From Minisyncoccota bacterium (lineage in GTDB: Bacteria > Patescibacteriota > Minisyncoccia > 2-02-FULL-40-12 > IGHO2-12-FULL-4), in NCBI GenBank assembly GCA_036517795.1, contig DATDTF010000011.1:9772-73771 (forward strand): a stretch of 64,000 bases of DNA, given 5' to 3'. The position numbers and the translations under genes are program-made. Below, piece by piece: positions 9,415 through 18,130 of the stretch. Every line of letters begins with the position of its first letter. The stretch's first letter is position 1. A model generated the notes under the pieces. That model saw nothing but the letters and a program-made list of their open reading frames with translations. It was not told the origin of the DNA and did not search any database.

Positions 9415-10382
9415 CAAAGATAATTACAATCGGGTTTTTAATTATTGCCGCAGTTGCCGGCTGGTTTCTGTTTTTCAGCGATAATAAAATTGAGGTCAAG
9501 AGAGGTGAAGCCATATTGGAAGGAATGAATTTTCCGGAATCGGACCTAGCCGGCATCAAATGTGAAAAAGCCAAGAACAGGCCCTTGGCCGTAATGCTTT
9601 CTTCTGACCCTGAAACTAGACCCCTTTCAGGCATCGGGGAGGCTGAATTAGTCTTTGAAATGCCCGTAACCGATGGCGGAGTCACAAGAATGATGGCCGT
9701 TTTTCAATGCAACTGGCCAAAAGAAATCGGCTCCATAAGATCATCGCGGTCAGACTTCATTCCATTGGTGCAGGGACTTGGGGCGATTTACGCCCACTGG
9801 GGAGGAGAGAAAGAAGCGCTTTCAGAATTAAACAGCGGAGCAGTTGACAACATCGATGCCATGAAATACGACGGCACAATATTTTACAGAAAAAAGGAAG
9901 CAAAACCTCCGCACAATGGCTTTACCAGCGCAGAACTTTTAAATAAGGCCATCGCCGAACTTGGCTATGGCCTTGGCAAATCATTGAGTTCTTATCCCCA
10001 CCAAAACTCAAAGAGCTCTGGCAACGTCCAACCGCCGAAAATTTACAAAAACGAATTTCAAATCTCTTGGGAATATAACTCTAACAACAACACCTACCGC
10101 CGAAAACGAGGCGGAAAGGATGAAACGGATAAAAACACATCACAACAGGTTGAGACAGAAAATATCGTCATCATGAAAACGACCTGGTCTCCCATCAGCA
10201 AAGACTACATCCGGGTAAAAACTGTCGGCTCCGGTGAAGCAATCTTCTACCAAAACGGGCAGGAAACCAAAGGCTCTTGGAAGAAAGGTTCAGTCAAAGA
10301 GAAGCTTTACTTTTACGACGACACCGGCAAAGAGATAAAATTTACACCCGGAACCACTTGGGTTGAGATAACCATAGACTGA
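9411..10382 (+). CDS. membrane-anchored DUF3048 (YerB-like) protein
   Basis: N-terminal TM anchor. The PLAVMLSSDPETRPLSGIGEAELVFEMPVTDGGVTRMMAVFQ pattern resembles the DUF3048 N-domain. Four-nucleotide overlap with polA. Confidence 0.35.
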   Translation: MTKIITIGFLIIAAVAGWFLFFSDNKIEVKRGEAILEGMNFPESDLAGIKCEKAKNRPLAVMLSSDPETRPLSGIGEAELVFEMPVTDGGVTRMMAVFQCNWPKEIGSIRSSRSDFIPLVQGLGAIYAHWGGEKEALSELNSGAVDNIDAMKYDGTIFYRKKEAKPPHNGFTSAELLNKAIAELGYGLGKSLSSYPHQNSKSSGNVQPPKIYKNEFQISWEYNSNNNTYRRKRGGKDETDKNTSQQVETENIVIMKTTWSPISKDYIRVKTVGSGEAIFYQNGQETKGSWKKGSVKEKLYFYDDTGKEIKFTPGTTWVEITID

Positions 10383-10383
10383 C

Positions 10384-11370
10384 ATGATTAATTTTTTTTA
10401 TGGCCAAGAAAGTTTTTCAGTTAAAGAAGCTGTCAAAAAAAAGACAGCTGATTTTTTAAAACTGAAACCCGGCTTGCTGGTTGAAAAAATTGATCTTGAC
10501 AAAGAGGAGGGGATAAAACCCCTAAAAGACGCTGTAGAAACCAGGTCCATCTTCAACGAAAACAAGCTTATTGTTGCCAACGGCCTATTTGCAAATAGCC
10601 AGACCCGCAAAGACGCTCTGGAGACGTTAAAAGAATATCAAAAAGAACCGGAAAAAAATTTATCTTTTTTGTTTTATGAATGTAGCTCCGGTTTGGAGTT
10701 AAACAAAAAAGACAAAAATCTTTTTAATTTTTTATCTCAAAATGCTCCAAAATCTGCAGAGATACTGCCGCTCAAAAACACTGCTTTGGAAAAATGGTGT
10801 ATAGAAGAGTTTGCTAAAGGAAAAATAAAAATACAAACCCCTGTAGTTAAAAAATTTCTTGCTCTTGTTTCGTATTCCCACGAATGGGCAAAAAACGAAG
10901 TCGCCAAATTGACGGCTTACAAAAACTTTGCCGGCCAAAACACAAACAAAGAAATAAAAGAAGCTGATCTTGATAAAATTGTGACACCAGAACTAGCATT
11001 TAACAATTTTGATTTAACAGATGCCATAGCCAGTAAAAACCACAGAAAAGCTATTCTGTTACTAGACCAATATCTTTCGGAAAACGGAGACCCAAATGCA
11101 ATCTTGGGCCTGATTATTTTTCAATTTAGAGCATTGCTCCGGGTCAAATCACTTATCAAAAAAAATGTTCCCACCAACCGGATAGCCGGTTTGACAAAAC
11201 TTCATCCATTCGTAGCCGCAAAAGCATCTAGTCAGGCCAAAATATTTGACCAAGAAGAACTAAAAAAAATTTACCAACACCTGCACTCCCTAGATCTTGA
11301 ATTCAAAAACGGTCAAACAGAAATTTTATCATCCCTATTCTGTCTCTTACTGGAAATGGGTGTAAAGTAA
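10384..11370 (+). CDS. holA: DNA polymerase III delta subunit (probable)
   Basis: 328 aa. Begins like HolA (FFYGQESFSVKEA) and has a delta-like C-terminal helical domain. Sits immediately downstream of polA. Confidence 0.5.
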   Translation: MINFFYGQESFSVKEAVKKKTADFLKLKPGLLVEKIDLDKEEGIKPLKDAVETRSIFNENKLIVANGLFANSQTRKDALETLKEYQKEPEKNLSFLFYECSSGLELNKKDKNLFNFLSQNAPKSAEILPLKNTALEKWCIEEFAKGKIKIQTPVVKKFLALVSYSHEWAKNEVAKLTAYKNFAGQNTNKEIKEADLDKIVTPELAFNNFDLTDAIASKNHRKAILLLDQYLSENGDPNAILGLIIFQFRALLRVKSLIKKNVPTNRIAGLTKLHPFVAAKASSQAKIFDQEELKKIYQHLHSLDLEFKNGQTEILSSLFCLLLEMGVK

Positions 11371-11400
11371 AAACCCGCTAACTCTGTTAACGGGGTATAT

Positions 11401-12915
11401 TTATTTATCCTTTTCAGTCTTGTGTTTATGACCGTCAAAACTATACAAAATTTGTTTTGAATCCTCGATACTCTCAAGGTAAACTTTTCTGTTCCAAAGA
11501 TAAAATATATTTCTCATTGTGCCCTCTCTATACTGGGGATCCATCTCTAAGCCGCTAAAGTCATGCTTTAAATACAACTGTTGCTGACCATTGTGATTCG
11601 AATTTTGAACTTTTATCGGCATCATCCCATACAAGGTAAATGCATGCTTCAGAAGCATTCTGATGACCTCCGGTCGGCTTTCTGCAATTCCATAAATCGT
11701 GTCGCCTGTTGAAGGATCCTCTTCCGCTTGATAAAGATACAAACGCATCTTTCTGATAAACTCGTCCGTAAAAAATTCCTCAATAATCATCCTATCGCTG
11801 TAGAAAGAGGCAACCTGAAATATCTTTTCTTTGCCTTTCATCGCACCGTTGTCCCAATAGGCTTTTTTTACAGGGTCTTCGCACAACTCAAAATCTCTGC
11901 CAAAACAACCCCTGTCCCAGCGCTCTTTAATATCTTCAAAAAGAGCTAGACCAACACGATACCAATTGAAGTCAGTCCGACTCTCTCTGGTAACAGCTGA
12001 GTGAAAATCGTTGAAAACACCATGGTCGTTTCCATCAAGAAGTTTTTCTTCAAACAACTTGCGCATAATCTGCAAATGCCAGTATGTAGCCCAGCCCTCA
12101 TCAGCCATTTTGGTACGACCCATCGGTGAAAGCGCCCGAGCCTGATTTCTGACAACACCCAGAACATCTTTCTGCCAAGGCTTGAGGGATAGAGAGTGTT
12201 TGATAATATAACCCAAAATATCATAAATCGGCCGTGGCGGGGCAAGTTGAGACAGATGCCTCAAATATTTTTCAATTTGATCTTTTTCTTCTTTGGTTAA
12301 AGGACTCTGAAATTCAGATCCAAAATCAGAATTTCTTTCCAGTTTAGCACGAGTGATTTCTATCAGTCTTTCTCTGGCCAGTTCGTTATCTAATTCTTCT
12401 TCCAAAAAAGGATCCAAGTGTTGCTGCCACTGGATGGACATTCCGGCATCAATTGTTTTCTCAACTTCATCCGCACCGTATTTTTCTTCATACTTCTTAA
12501 AACGGTCAGTGGCATCACGAGCTTCTTGGGCAATGTCGGCAAAAGAACGGCCGTGCTGAACGAGATTATTTCTTAAGAAGTAATCAACGTGACCAAAAAC
12601 GTGAGCAATAACCAGAACCTTTAAAGCAAAAGGGTTGGTTTCAACGACTAAAGCTTTCGGTCTCTCAAAATTCCAAACCTGTTCATATGGGATACCCTGG
12701 CCGGTATGTTCAAAAATAGTACGATGCATATCGTAGTCGCGACCAAAAGACCAGTGAGAAAAGTTTTTGGGAAAATTATAAGCCATACCCTCCAGAACCC
12801 TTTGCGCCGGAACGATCTCAAAATCTATATCTGTAGTGAGAAGACCAAACTCCTCGGCAATTTCTTTGATTCTTTTTTCCAAAAAAATCAGCCTTTCCAG
12901 TTCCAGTTTATCCAT
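11401..12915 (-). CDS. spoVR: SpoVR-family protein
   Basis: 504 aa. Size and motifs consistent with SpoVR/YcgB. Last gene of the prkA-yhbH-spoVR co-directional triad. Confidence 0.65.
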   Translation of the reverse strand: MDKLELERLIFLEKRIKEIAEEFGLLTTDIDFEIVPAQRVLEGMAYNFPKNFSHWSFGRDYDMHRTIFEHTGQGIPYEQVWNFERPKALVVETNPFALKVLVIAHVFGHVDYFLRNNLVQHGRSFADIAQEARDATDRFKKYEEKYGADEVEKTIDAGMSIQWQQHLDPFLEEELDNELARERLIEITRAKLERNSDFGSEFQSPLTKEEKDQIEKYLRHLSQLAPPRPIYDILGYIIKHSLSLKPWQKDVLGVVRNQARALSPMGRTKMADEGWATYWHLQIMRKLFEEKLLDGNDHGVFNDFHSAVTRESRTDFNWYRVGLALFEDIKERWDRGCFGRDFELCEDPVKKAYWDNGAMKGKEKIFQVASFYSDRMIIEEFFTDEFIRKMRLYLYQAEEDPSTGDTIYGIAESRPEVIRMLLKHAFTLYGMMPIKVQNSNHNGQQQLYLKHDFSGLEMDPQYREGTMRNIFYLWNRKVYLESIEDSKQILYSFDGHKHKTEKDK

Positions 12916-14233
12916 TCGTCCACCTCTCCTTTCTTAAAAATTCTTTTAGGGCCGGCAGAAGCTGCTCTTTTGTCTGAATAACAACGCCCAAAAAAGGATC
13001 TGTTTTTAGGGTAATCATGGTAATTTCAGGAGTTGAAACTTGTTGAGTGGAAAACTCTGACTTGATAGCAGACATCAGGCCAGAATCCGGTAGATTTTTG
13101 TTATATTTTTCCGACGGTTCAATTTCACCATAACCGAGCATATTTATTTTTTTGGCAAAAAGCTTTTTAATCTCTCCCATGGTCCGGTCATGATCAAAAT
13201 CCTCTCCGTCAGAAAAATGCCAGACATAGACATTGTATTGGCTGGTAGGGTATTCCTCCTCAACTAAACCATTAGCCAGCTCATAGGCTGTATAGCAATA
13301 AGTACCGCCACTTTCCTGGGTTTTGAAAAAAGTATCTTCATCAACTATCTTTGCTTGGGTATGATGGATAATAAAACGGATCTCTACGTGCTCATAAATT
13401 CTCTGTAAAAAGGTCACCAACCAAAACAACATTGACCTTGCCAGATATTTTTTTTGATCATACATGGAGCCTGAAACATCCATCATGGCAATGATTACCG
13501 CTTGCGATTGGTAACTGATATTAGGATCCACTTTCTCAAAACGCAAATCGTCTTTGGTAAAAACCGGAAAAGGCTCGACCCTTTCAGCTGTCACCTGAAA
13601 GTCGGGGTTACGAAGCATGGCCAAAGCATCACCCAAGTCACCTTGAGACTTCTTTAAAGCGTCAAAACAATTTAATTCCGACAAACCCGTCTCTTGGATT
13701 AGTGAATTCAAAAAGTTCCAAAATCTTTTCAAACCTTCCCTGACAGTAGCCCTGCTGTTAAGAAACGTCCAAGGACCAGACTTGACAATTCCCGTAATCT
13801 TATAGCCAAGTTCCAAAAGAATTGTCTTTAGCTGTTTTTCTTCAAGTTTGGGCAAACCCAAGTCCTCCAGCATAAGATCGATAAGCTCTTCCAGCTCAAC
13901 TTCAGTTTCAATAATATCCTGGCCGTGTTCGGAACCGGGCCTTCCACCAATAACATCCCCGGGCTCTCCTTCGCCTTGACCAATTCCAACGCCGTCACCC
14001 GTTTGACCGGGCCTGAATCTGGGTATCTGAAGACTTTTAACCGGTATCTTTATAATCTTGTTTCTTTTACCGGTTATGATGTTTTCGTTGGCAATAATAT
14101 GCGGAAGGTTGTTTTTTATGACCTCTTTTTGCTTATCTCTGTGACGCTTGGCGTCGGCCTTGCCTTGTTCAGAAACCATATCTGGTATAGTTATAGGCAT
14201 ATCCAATCTCCTTATTCGGTTTTCAAAATACAA
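12908..14233 (-). CDS. yhbH: YhbH/YeaH family protein (DUF444, vWA-like)
   Basis: 441 aa. MMDVSGSM vWA-like motif. Classic partner of PrkA. 8 nt overlap with spoVR. Confidence 0.7.
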   Translation of the reverse strand: MYFENRIRRLDMPITIPDMVSEQGKADAKRHRDKQKEVIKNNLPHIIANENIITGKRNKIIKIPVKSLQIPRFRPGQTGDGVGIGQGEGEPGDVIGGRPGSEHGQDIIETEVELEELIDLMLEDLGLPKLEEKQLKTILLELGYKITGIVKSGPWTFLNSRATVREGLKRFWNFLNSLIQETGLSELNCFDALKKSQGDLGDALAMLRNPDFQVTAERVEPFPVFTKDDLRFEKVDPNISYQSQAVIIAMMDVSGSMYDQKKYLARSMLFWLVTFLQRIYEHVEIRFIIHHTQAKIVDEDTFFKTQESGGTYCYTAYELANGLVEEEYPTSQYNVYVWHFSDGEDFDHDRTMGEIKKLFAKKINMLGYGEIEPSEKYNKNLPDSGLMSAIKSEFSTQQVSTPEITMITLKTDPFLGVVIQTKEQLLPALKEFLRKERWTNG

Positions 14234-14301
14234 AACTTGTCGACCCTAACTCTAAAAATAAAAAACCTCCCTGTCAATAAAGGAGGTTGTGTTATGAAAA
14301 C

Positions 14302-16362
14302 TTATTCACTAAGAAATTCTCTTGCTCTTTCAACCGCTTCGGCGGCACAAAATTTACAATGTCTGTCCTCTTCTCTTCCGGAAGGAGGGTTAGTCAAAGC
14401 CATAAACAAGTTATCAATTCTTCTCTTGTCGCCCTCCTCTTTGGGTCTATCTGTGGCCAAGACGGTGGTAAGTTGAGACTTGCTGTCAGCCAAAAGTTTT
14501 TTCTCTACCGCTCGGGACAATGGGGGATAAGAGTCGTAACCAAAGTTGGGATTTGCAGATTTGAAAACTATAATTTCTCCACGAAAGGTTTCGGCTTCTG
14601 ATTCGGTGATGGGGATATATGACTCAATGGATCTAAGAAATTTGGTGTCAGGCTCTTTTGGCTTTCCGGACATCTGATCACGCGGCACTTCAAAAATTTG
14701 ACCCTTCACTATTTTGCTTTTCTGGCTTCTTTCAAACTGAGCTTCCAGTATGTATTTATCAAATAACTCTCTGGCAAGATCATCATAAGCAGCAAGAAAA
14801 GCTCGGCTGACTGTTTTAACAATGAAATCTTTATACTCGCTGGGTACACCTTTGGCTTCACCAGCGGAAAGAAGAAGCTTAAAACGATCCAAGTCTTCGG
14901 GGGTGTAACCCATTCGATGTTCAAAGCCTCTGCGCAAAGCATAAATAGCTTTTAACGGGGTGAGGCAACCATTGTGGCCGGCCTCTTCAACAAGAGCGGT
15001 GTTCAGTGCGGCCAGCACATCACGAGAACCAACCCCAAACATTCCTTCTCTTTTAGATATGTCTTCGCTATTCTGTCCCTCTTCTAAAAGATGTCGGATG
15101 TCAACCGGTACCTTTTCTTTATTTTCAAGTTCGGTCAGAACTTTGTCACCATTATAGATCTTGAGTTTAGTCAGGCTGTCGATTCCAGTTTGGGACTGAC
15201 TTAGACGAGTCAAAATCGCAAAAGTAGCCGCTAGCTCAAGAGTGCCTGGAGCGATATGAATATTTTTTAACTTAGCGAAATCACTTTCCTGCTGAATCAA
15301 CTTTCTATAAACCCTTACTTCATCTTTCACTCTTGTTGGGTATGGAAAGGGGATAACAAAGAAACGGCTATGCAATCCTTCCTTGCCCGGACCCCTGGTA
15401 TTAAACTCTTTGAAACTTGCAAGGTTGGTATGACCAATAACAACCTCGTCAACAGAAATATGAGGAAAGTTCGAGCCCTCTATCTTAATCTCCTTTTCTT
15501 CAGCGACACTGAAAAAGACAGCCAATTGCTCTTTCTTGGCATTAGTTAGTTCTCTACCTTCAACCAAGCCTCTGTTTGCCTTTGGCAATTCTCCGGAGAG
15601 AGTAAAAGCAAGATGATGGTCATAACCTTTTTCCGGATTAGAGGTAACGCCAATATTCTCGTGGCCAACAAGTTTCGCTATGTCAGAAGCAATATCGTCG
15701 GTCGCTTCAAATGAGCTGATACCTCTTGTGCCTTGAATTGAAAAAGTAAACGTCTCAACAGGGATATCTAACCAACGCACTTCACCAGTGCTCTTGTCGG
15801 AAAATTCCTGTAAAAGATGCCGGCAAACCGGACAAAGGTCTCCCTCAATTTTCACGCCCAACTCGCCCTCAAACTGTTTCCTAAGATAACGCGGCAAAAG
15901 CAACAGAGGCTCCTGATGCATAGGACAGCCTTTTATACTGAAGACGAGCCTGGTATTGTAATCCTCCAAAGCCCCTTTTAGTATTTTAACAAAACTGGAC
16001 TTACCTGAAGCCGGTGGACCCACAAAAAGCAATATTTGCTTTCCGGTAGACAAACGAGCCGCTCCGGTTTCCAGAAAAGAAACAAATTGCGCAGTCGGCC
16101 TTTCTACACCAAAAAGTTTTTCAGAAAAAATACGATATCGCTTTTTTACACCCAGCCATCTTTCCCTTTCAGGGACCTCTTCTACACCGGCCGCTAAACA
16201 AGTTTCCAGCAGACGCGATGGAGAATTTTGGGCAATTAAGGAATCTTTTGTAACCAAACCAATATAATCCCTCAATGTAAGCTCCATGTGTTGCGACTTC
16301 TTAGCCTTTTTCCTGGCAACATCATTAGCATAGATTTGATCTAAGTTTAAATTACCAACCAT
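14302..16362 (-). CDS. prkA: PrkA-family serine protein kinase (AAA+ ATPase)
   Basis: 686 aa. Walker A GPPASGKSS. PrkA-like N-terminus. Downstream yhbH and spoVR. Confidence 0.8.
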   Translation of the reverse strand: MVGNLNLDQIYANDVARKKAKKSQHMELTLRDYIGLVTKDSLIAQNSPSRLLETCLAAGVEEVPERERWLGVKKRYRIFSEKLFGVERPTAQFVSFLETGAARLSTGKQILLFVGPPASGKSSFVKILKGALEDYNTRLVFSIKGCPMHQEPLLLLPRYLRKQFEGELGVKIEGDLCPVCRHLLQEFSDKSTGEVRWLDIPVETFTFSIQGTRGISSFEATDDIASDIAKLVGHENIGVTSNPEKGYDHHLAFTLSGELPKANRGLVEGRELTNAKKEQLAVFFSVAEEKEIKIEGSNFPHISVDEVVIGHTNLASFKEFNTRGPGKEGLHSRFFVIPFPYPTRVKDEVRVYRKLIQQESDFAKLKNIHIAPGTLELAATFAILTRLSQSQTGIDSLTKLKIYNGDKVLTELENKEKVPVDIRHLLEEGQNSEDISKREGMFGVGSRDVLAALNTALVEEAGHNGCLTPLKAIYALRRGFEHRMGYTPEDLDRFKLLLSAGEAKGVPSEYKDFIVKTVSRAFLAAYDDLARELFDKYILEAQFERSQKSKIVKGQIFEVPRDQMSGKPKEPDTKFLRSIESYIPITESEAETFRGEIIVFKSANPNFGYDSYPPLSRAVEKKLLADSKSQLTTVLATDRPKEEGDKRRIDNLFMALTNPPSGREEDRHCKFCAAEAVERAREFLSE

Positions 16363-16479
16363 AACTTCTCCTTAATTTTCAAAGACCACAAAGCTTAAAC
16401 TAGGTTAAAATATATTAAAAAGAATGGCAATATTGACTAAAGGCTTACACTGTTTTACTATTTAACGAGTTTTGCACCC

Positions 16480-18057
16480 ATGAACATAGACTATACTAAA
16501 TTAAGCAAATCTTTAGACCTTTCTGATAAAAAAGAAAGGTTTTTATATCGCCTTTTTGAGGTTTTGCCAGGCTTTTTGGCTTGGCTGACATTGTTTCTGA
16601 TTATCTTTTTATCTTTTGTTGCACCGGCTTTTACTGCCGTTTTTATCATATTATTTGACATCTATTGGCTTATCAAAACCGTCTATCTTTCTTTTCACCT
16701 AAGATACGCCTACAGAAAATTAAGACAAAATTTAACGATCGATTGGCTTGAGCGACTGGAAAAACTGCCAGTCACAGACTATAAATTACAGGAAGTTAAA
16801 TCTTGGCAGGACATCTATCACCTGATAATTTTGCCTCGTTACAAAGAGGGGGGAGAACTGGTTATGGCCTCCATTGAGAGCATACTAAACTCAGCTTACC
16901 CCAAAACAAAAATAATTTTAGTTCTGACTCAAGAGGCTAGAGCCGGCATTGAAGAAAACAAATTAGGCTACGAGTTGGAAAAAGAATATGGCAGCAATTT
17001 TTTTCAGTTCTTGGTTACCGAACACCCGGATAACCTGCAAGGTGAAATAACGGGAAAGGGCTCAAACGCAGCCTACGCCGGAAAAATTGCCAAAGAAAAA
17101 ATCATTGACGCCCTAGGAATCAAATATAATCATGTTATTGTCTCAAACTTTGATATTGACACAGTCGCTCCCAACCACTACTTTTCTCTTTTGACATATC
17201 TTTATCTTACCACCCAAGACTCCTTACATACCTCCTACCAACCCATCCCTCTCTACACTAACAACATCTGGGAAGCTCCGGCATTGGCCCGGGTAGTCGC
17301 TTTCTCTGCCACTTTCTGGCACACAATACAACAAGAAAGGCCGGAGAGACTAACCACATTTTCCAGCCACTCAATGCCTTTTCAGGCTTTAGTTGACGTT
17401 AATTTTTGGCAAACTAATATGGTCTCCGAGGACTCGAGAATTTTTTGGCAATGTTTCTTGAGATACAATGGCAACTACCGGGTTACACCTATGTTCTACC
17501 CTGTTTCTATGGATGCCAATGTTGCTCCGAGTTTTTGGCAAACAATGAAAAACATCTACAAACAACAGAGACGCTGGGGTTTCGGAGTAGAAAATGTGCC
17601 CTATTTCTTTTTCGGTTTTTATAAAAACAAACTGATACCTCTGAAAAAAAAGCTTTACTACATCTTTAATATTCTTGAGGGTTTCCATTCTTGGGCCACC
17701 AACGCGGTTATTATTTTCCTTCTTGGCTGGTTACCAGTAGTAGTGGGCGGCTCAAAATTCAATCAGTCTGTCTTGTCTCTAAATCTTCCTCAATTCACAA
17801 GGGTTATTATGAGCTTAGCTATGATTGGACTCATTTCTTCGGCTGTTTTGTCTGTTGTCCTTTTGCCTCCTCGGCCCCTACACTATCGACGTTTCAAGTA
17901 TCTATGGATGGTTTTGCAGTGGATATTATTCCCCATAACCACGATCATTTTAGGCGCCCTGCCGGGTTTGGAGGCTCAAACCAGACTGATGCTCGGAAAA
18001 TACCTAGGTTTTTGGGTTACTCCGAAAGTAAGCCGACGAAGTCTAAGGAACTCTTAG
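16480..18057 (+). CDS. processive family-2 glycosyltransferase (cellulose/chitin-synthase-like), polytopic membrane protein
   Basis: N- and C-terminal TM bundles flank a cytoplasmic GT2 domain. QRRWGFG (QxxRW) processivity motif. The C-terminal tail runs into a dispersed repeat. Confidence 0.55.
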   Translation: MNIDYTKLSKSLDLSDKKERFLYRLFEVLPGFLAWLTLFLIIFLSFVAPAFTAVFIILFDIYWLIKTVYLSFHLRYAYRKLRQNLTIDWLERLEKLPVTDYKLQEVKSWQDIYHLIILPRYKEGGELVMASIESILNSAYPKTKIILVLTQEARAGIEENKLGYELEKEYGSNFFQFLVTEHPDNLQGEITGKGSNAAYAGKIAKEKIIDALGIKYNHVIVSNFDIDTVAPNHYFSLLTYLYLTTQDSLHTSYQPIPLYTNNIWEAPALARVVAFSATFWHTIQQERPERLTTFSSHSMPFQALVDVNFWQTNMVSEDSRIFWQCFLRYNGNYRVTPMFYPVSMDANVAPSFWQTMKNIYKQQRRWGFGVENVPYFFFGFYKNKLIPLKKKLYYIFNILEGFHSWATNAVIIFLLGWLPVVVGGSKFNQSVLSLNLPQFTRVIMSLAMIGLISSAVLSVVLLPPRPLHYRRFKYLWMVLQWILFPITTIILGALPGLEAQTRLMLGKYLGFWVTPKVSRRSLRNS

Positions 18058-18130
18058 TCTGCCGAAGTTGCTCTGCCGACGTTTTACATCCGTAGTAGTC
18101 TGACAACCTCTTAAGTAAGCCGACGATACC
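18024..18130. repeat. dispersed intergenic repeat (family 2 copy)
   Basis: Reverse-complement match to segments of 22558..22730 (gtctgacaacctcttaagtaagccgacg vs cttacttaagaggttgtcagac). Contains GTTGCTCTGCCGACGTTTTA, which resembles the MITE 5' end. Confidence 0.6.

Noticed and set aside
9314-9685. Antisense ORFs inside long genes (for example 9314..9685 in polA/DUF3048, 18882..19349 in recG, 14960..15157 in prkA, 34005..34394 in cca)
   Set aside because: They are shadow ORFs on the opposite strand of well-supported conserved genes, with low-complexity composition and no motifs.
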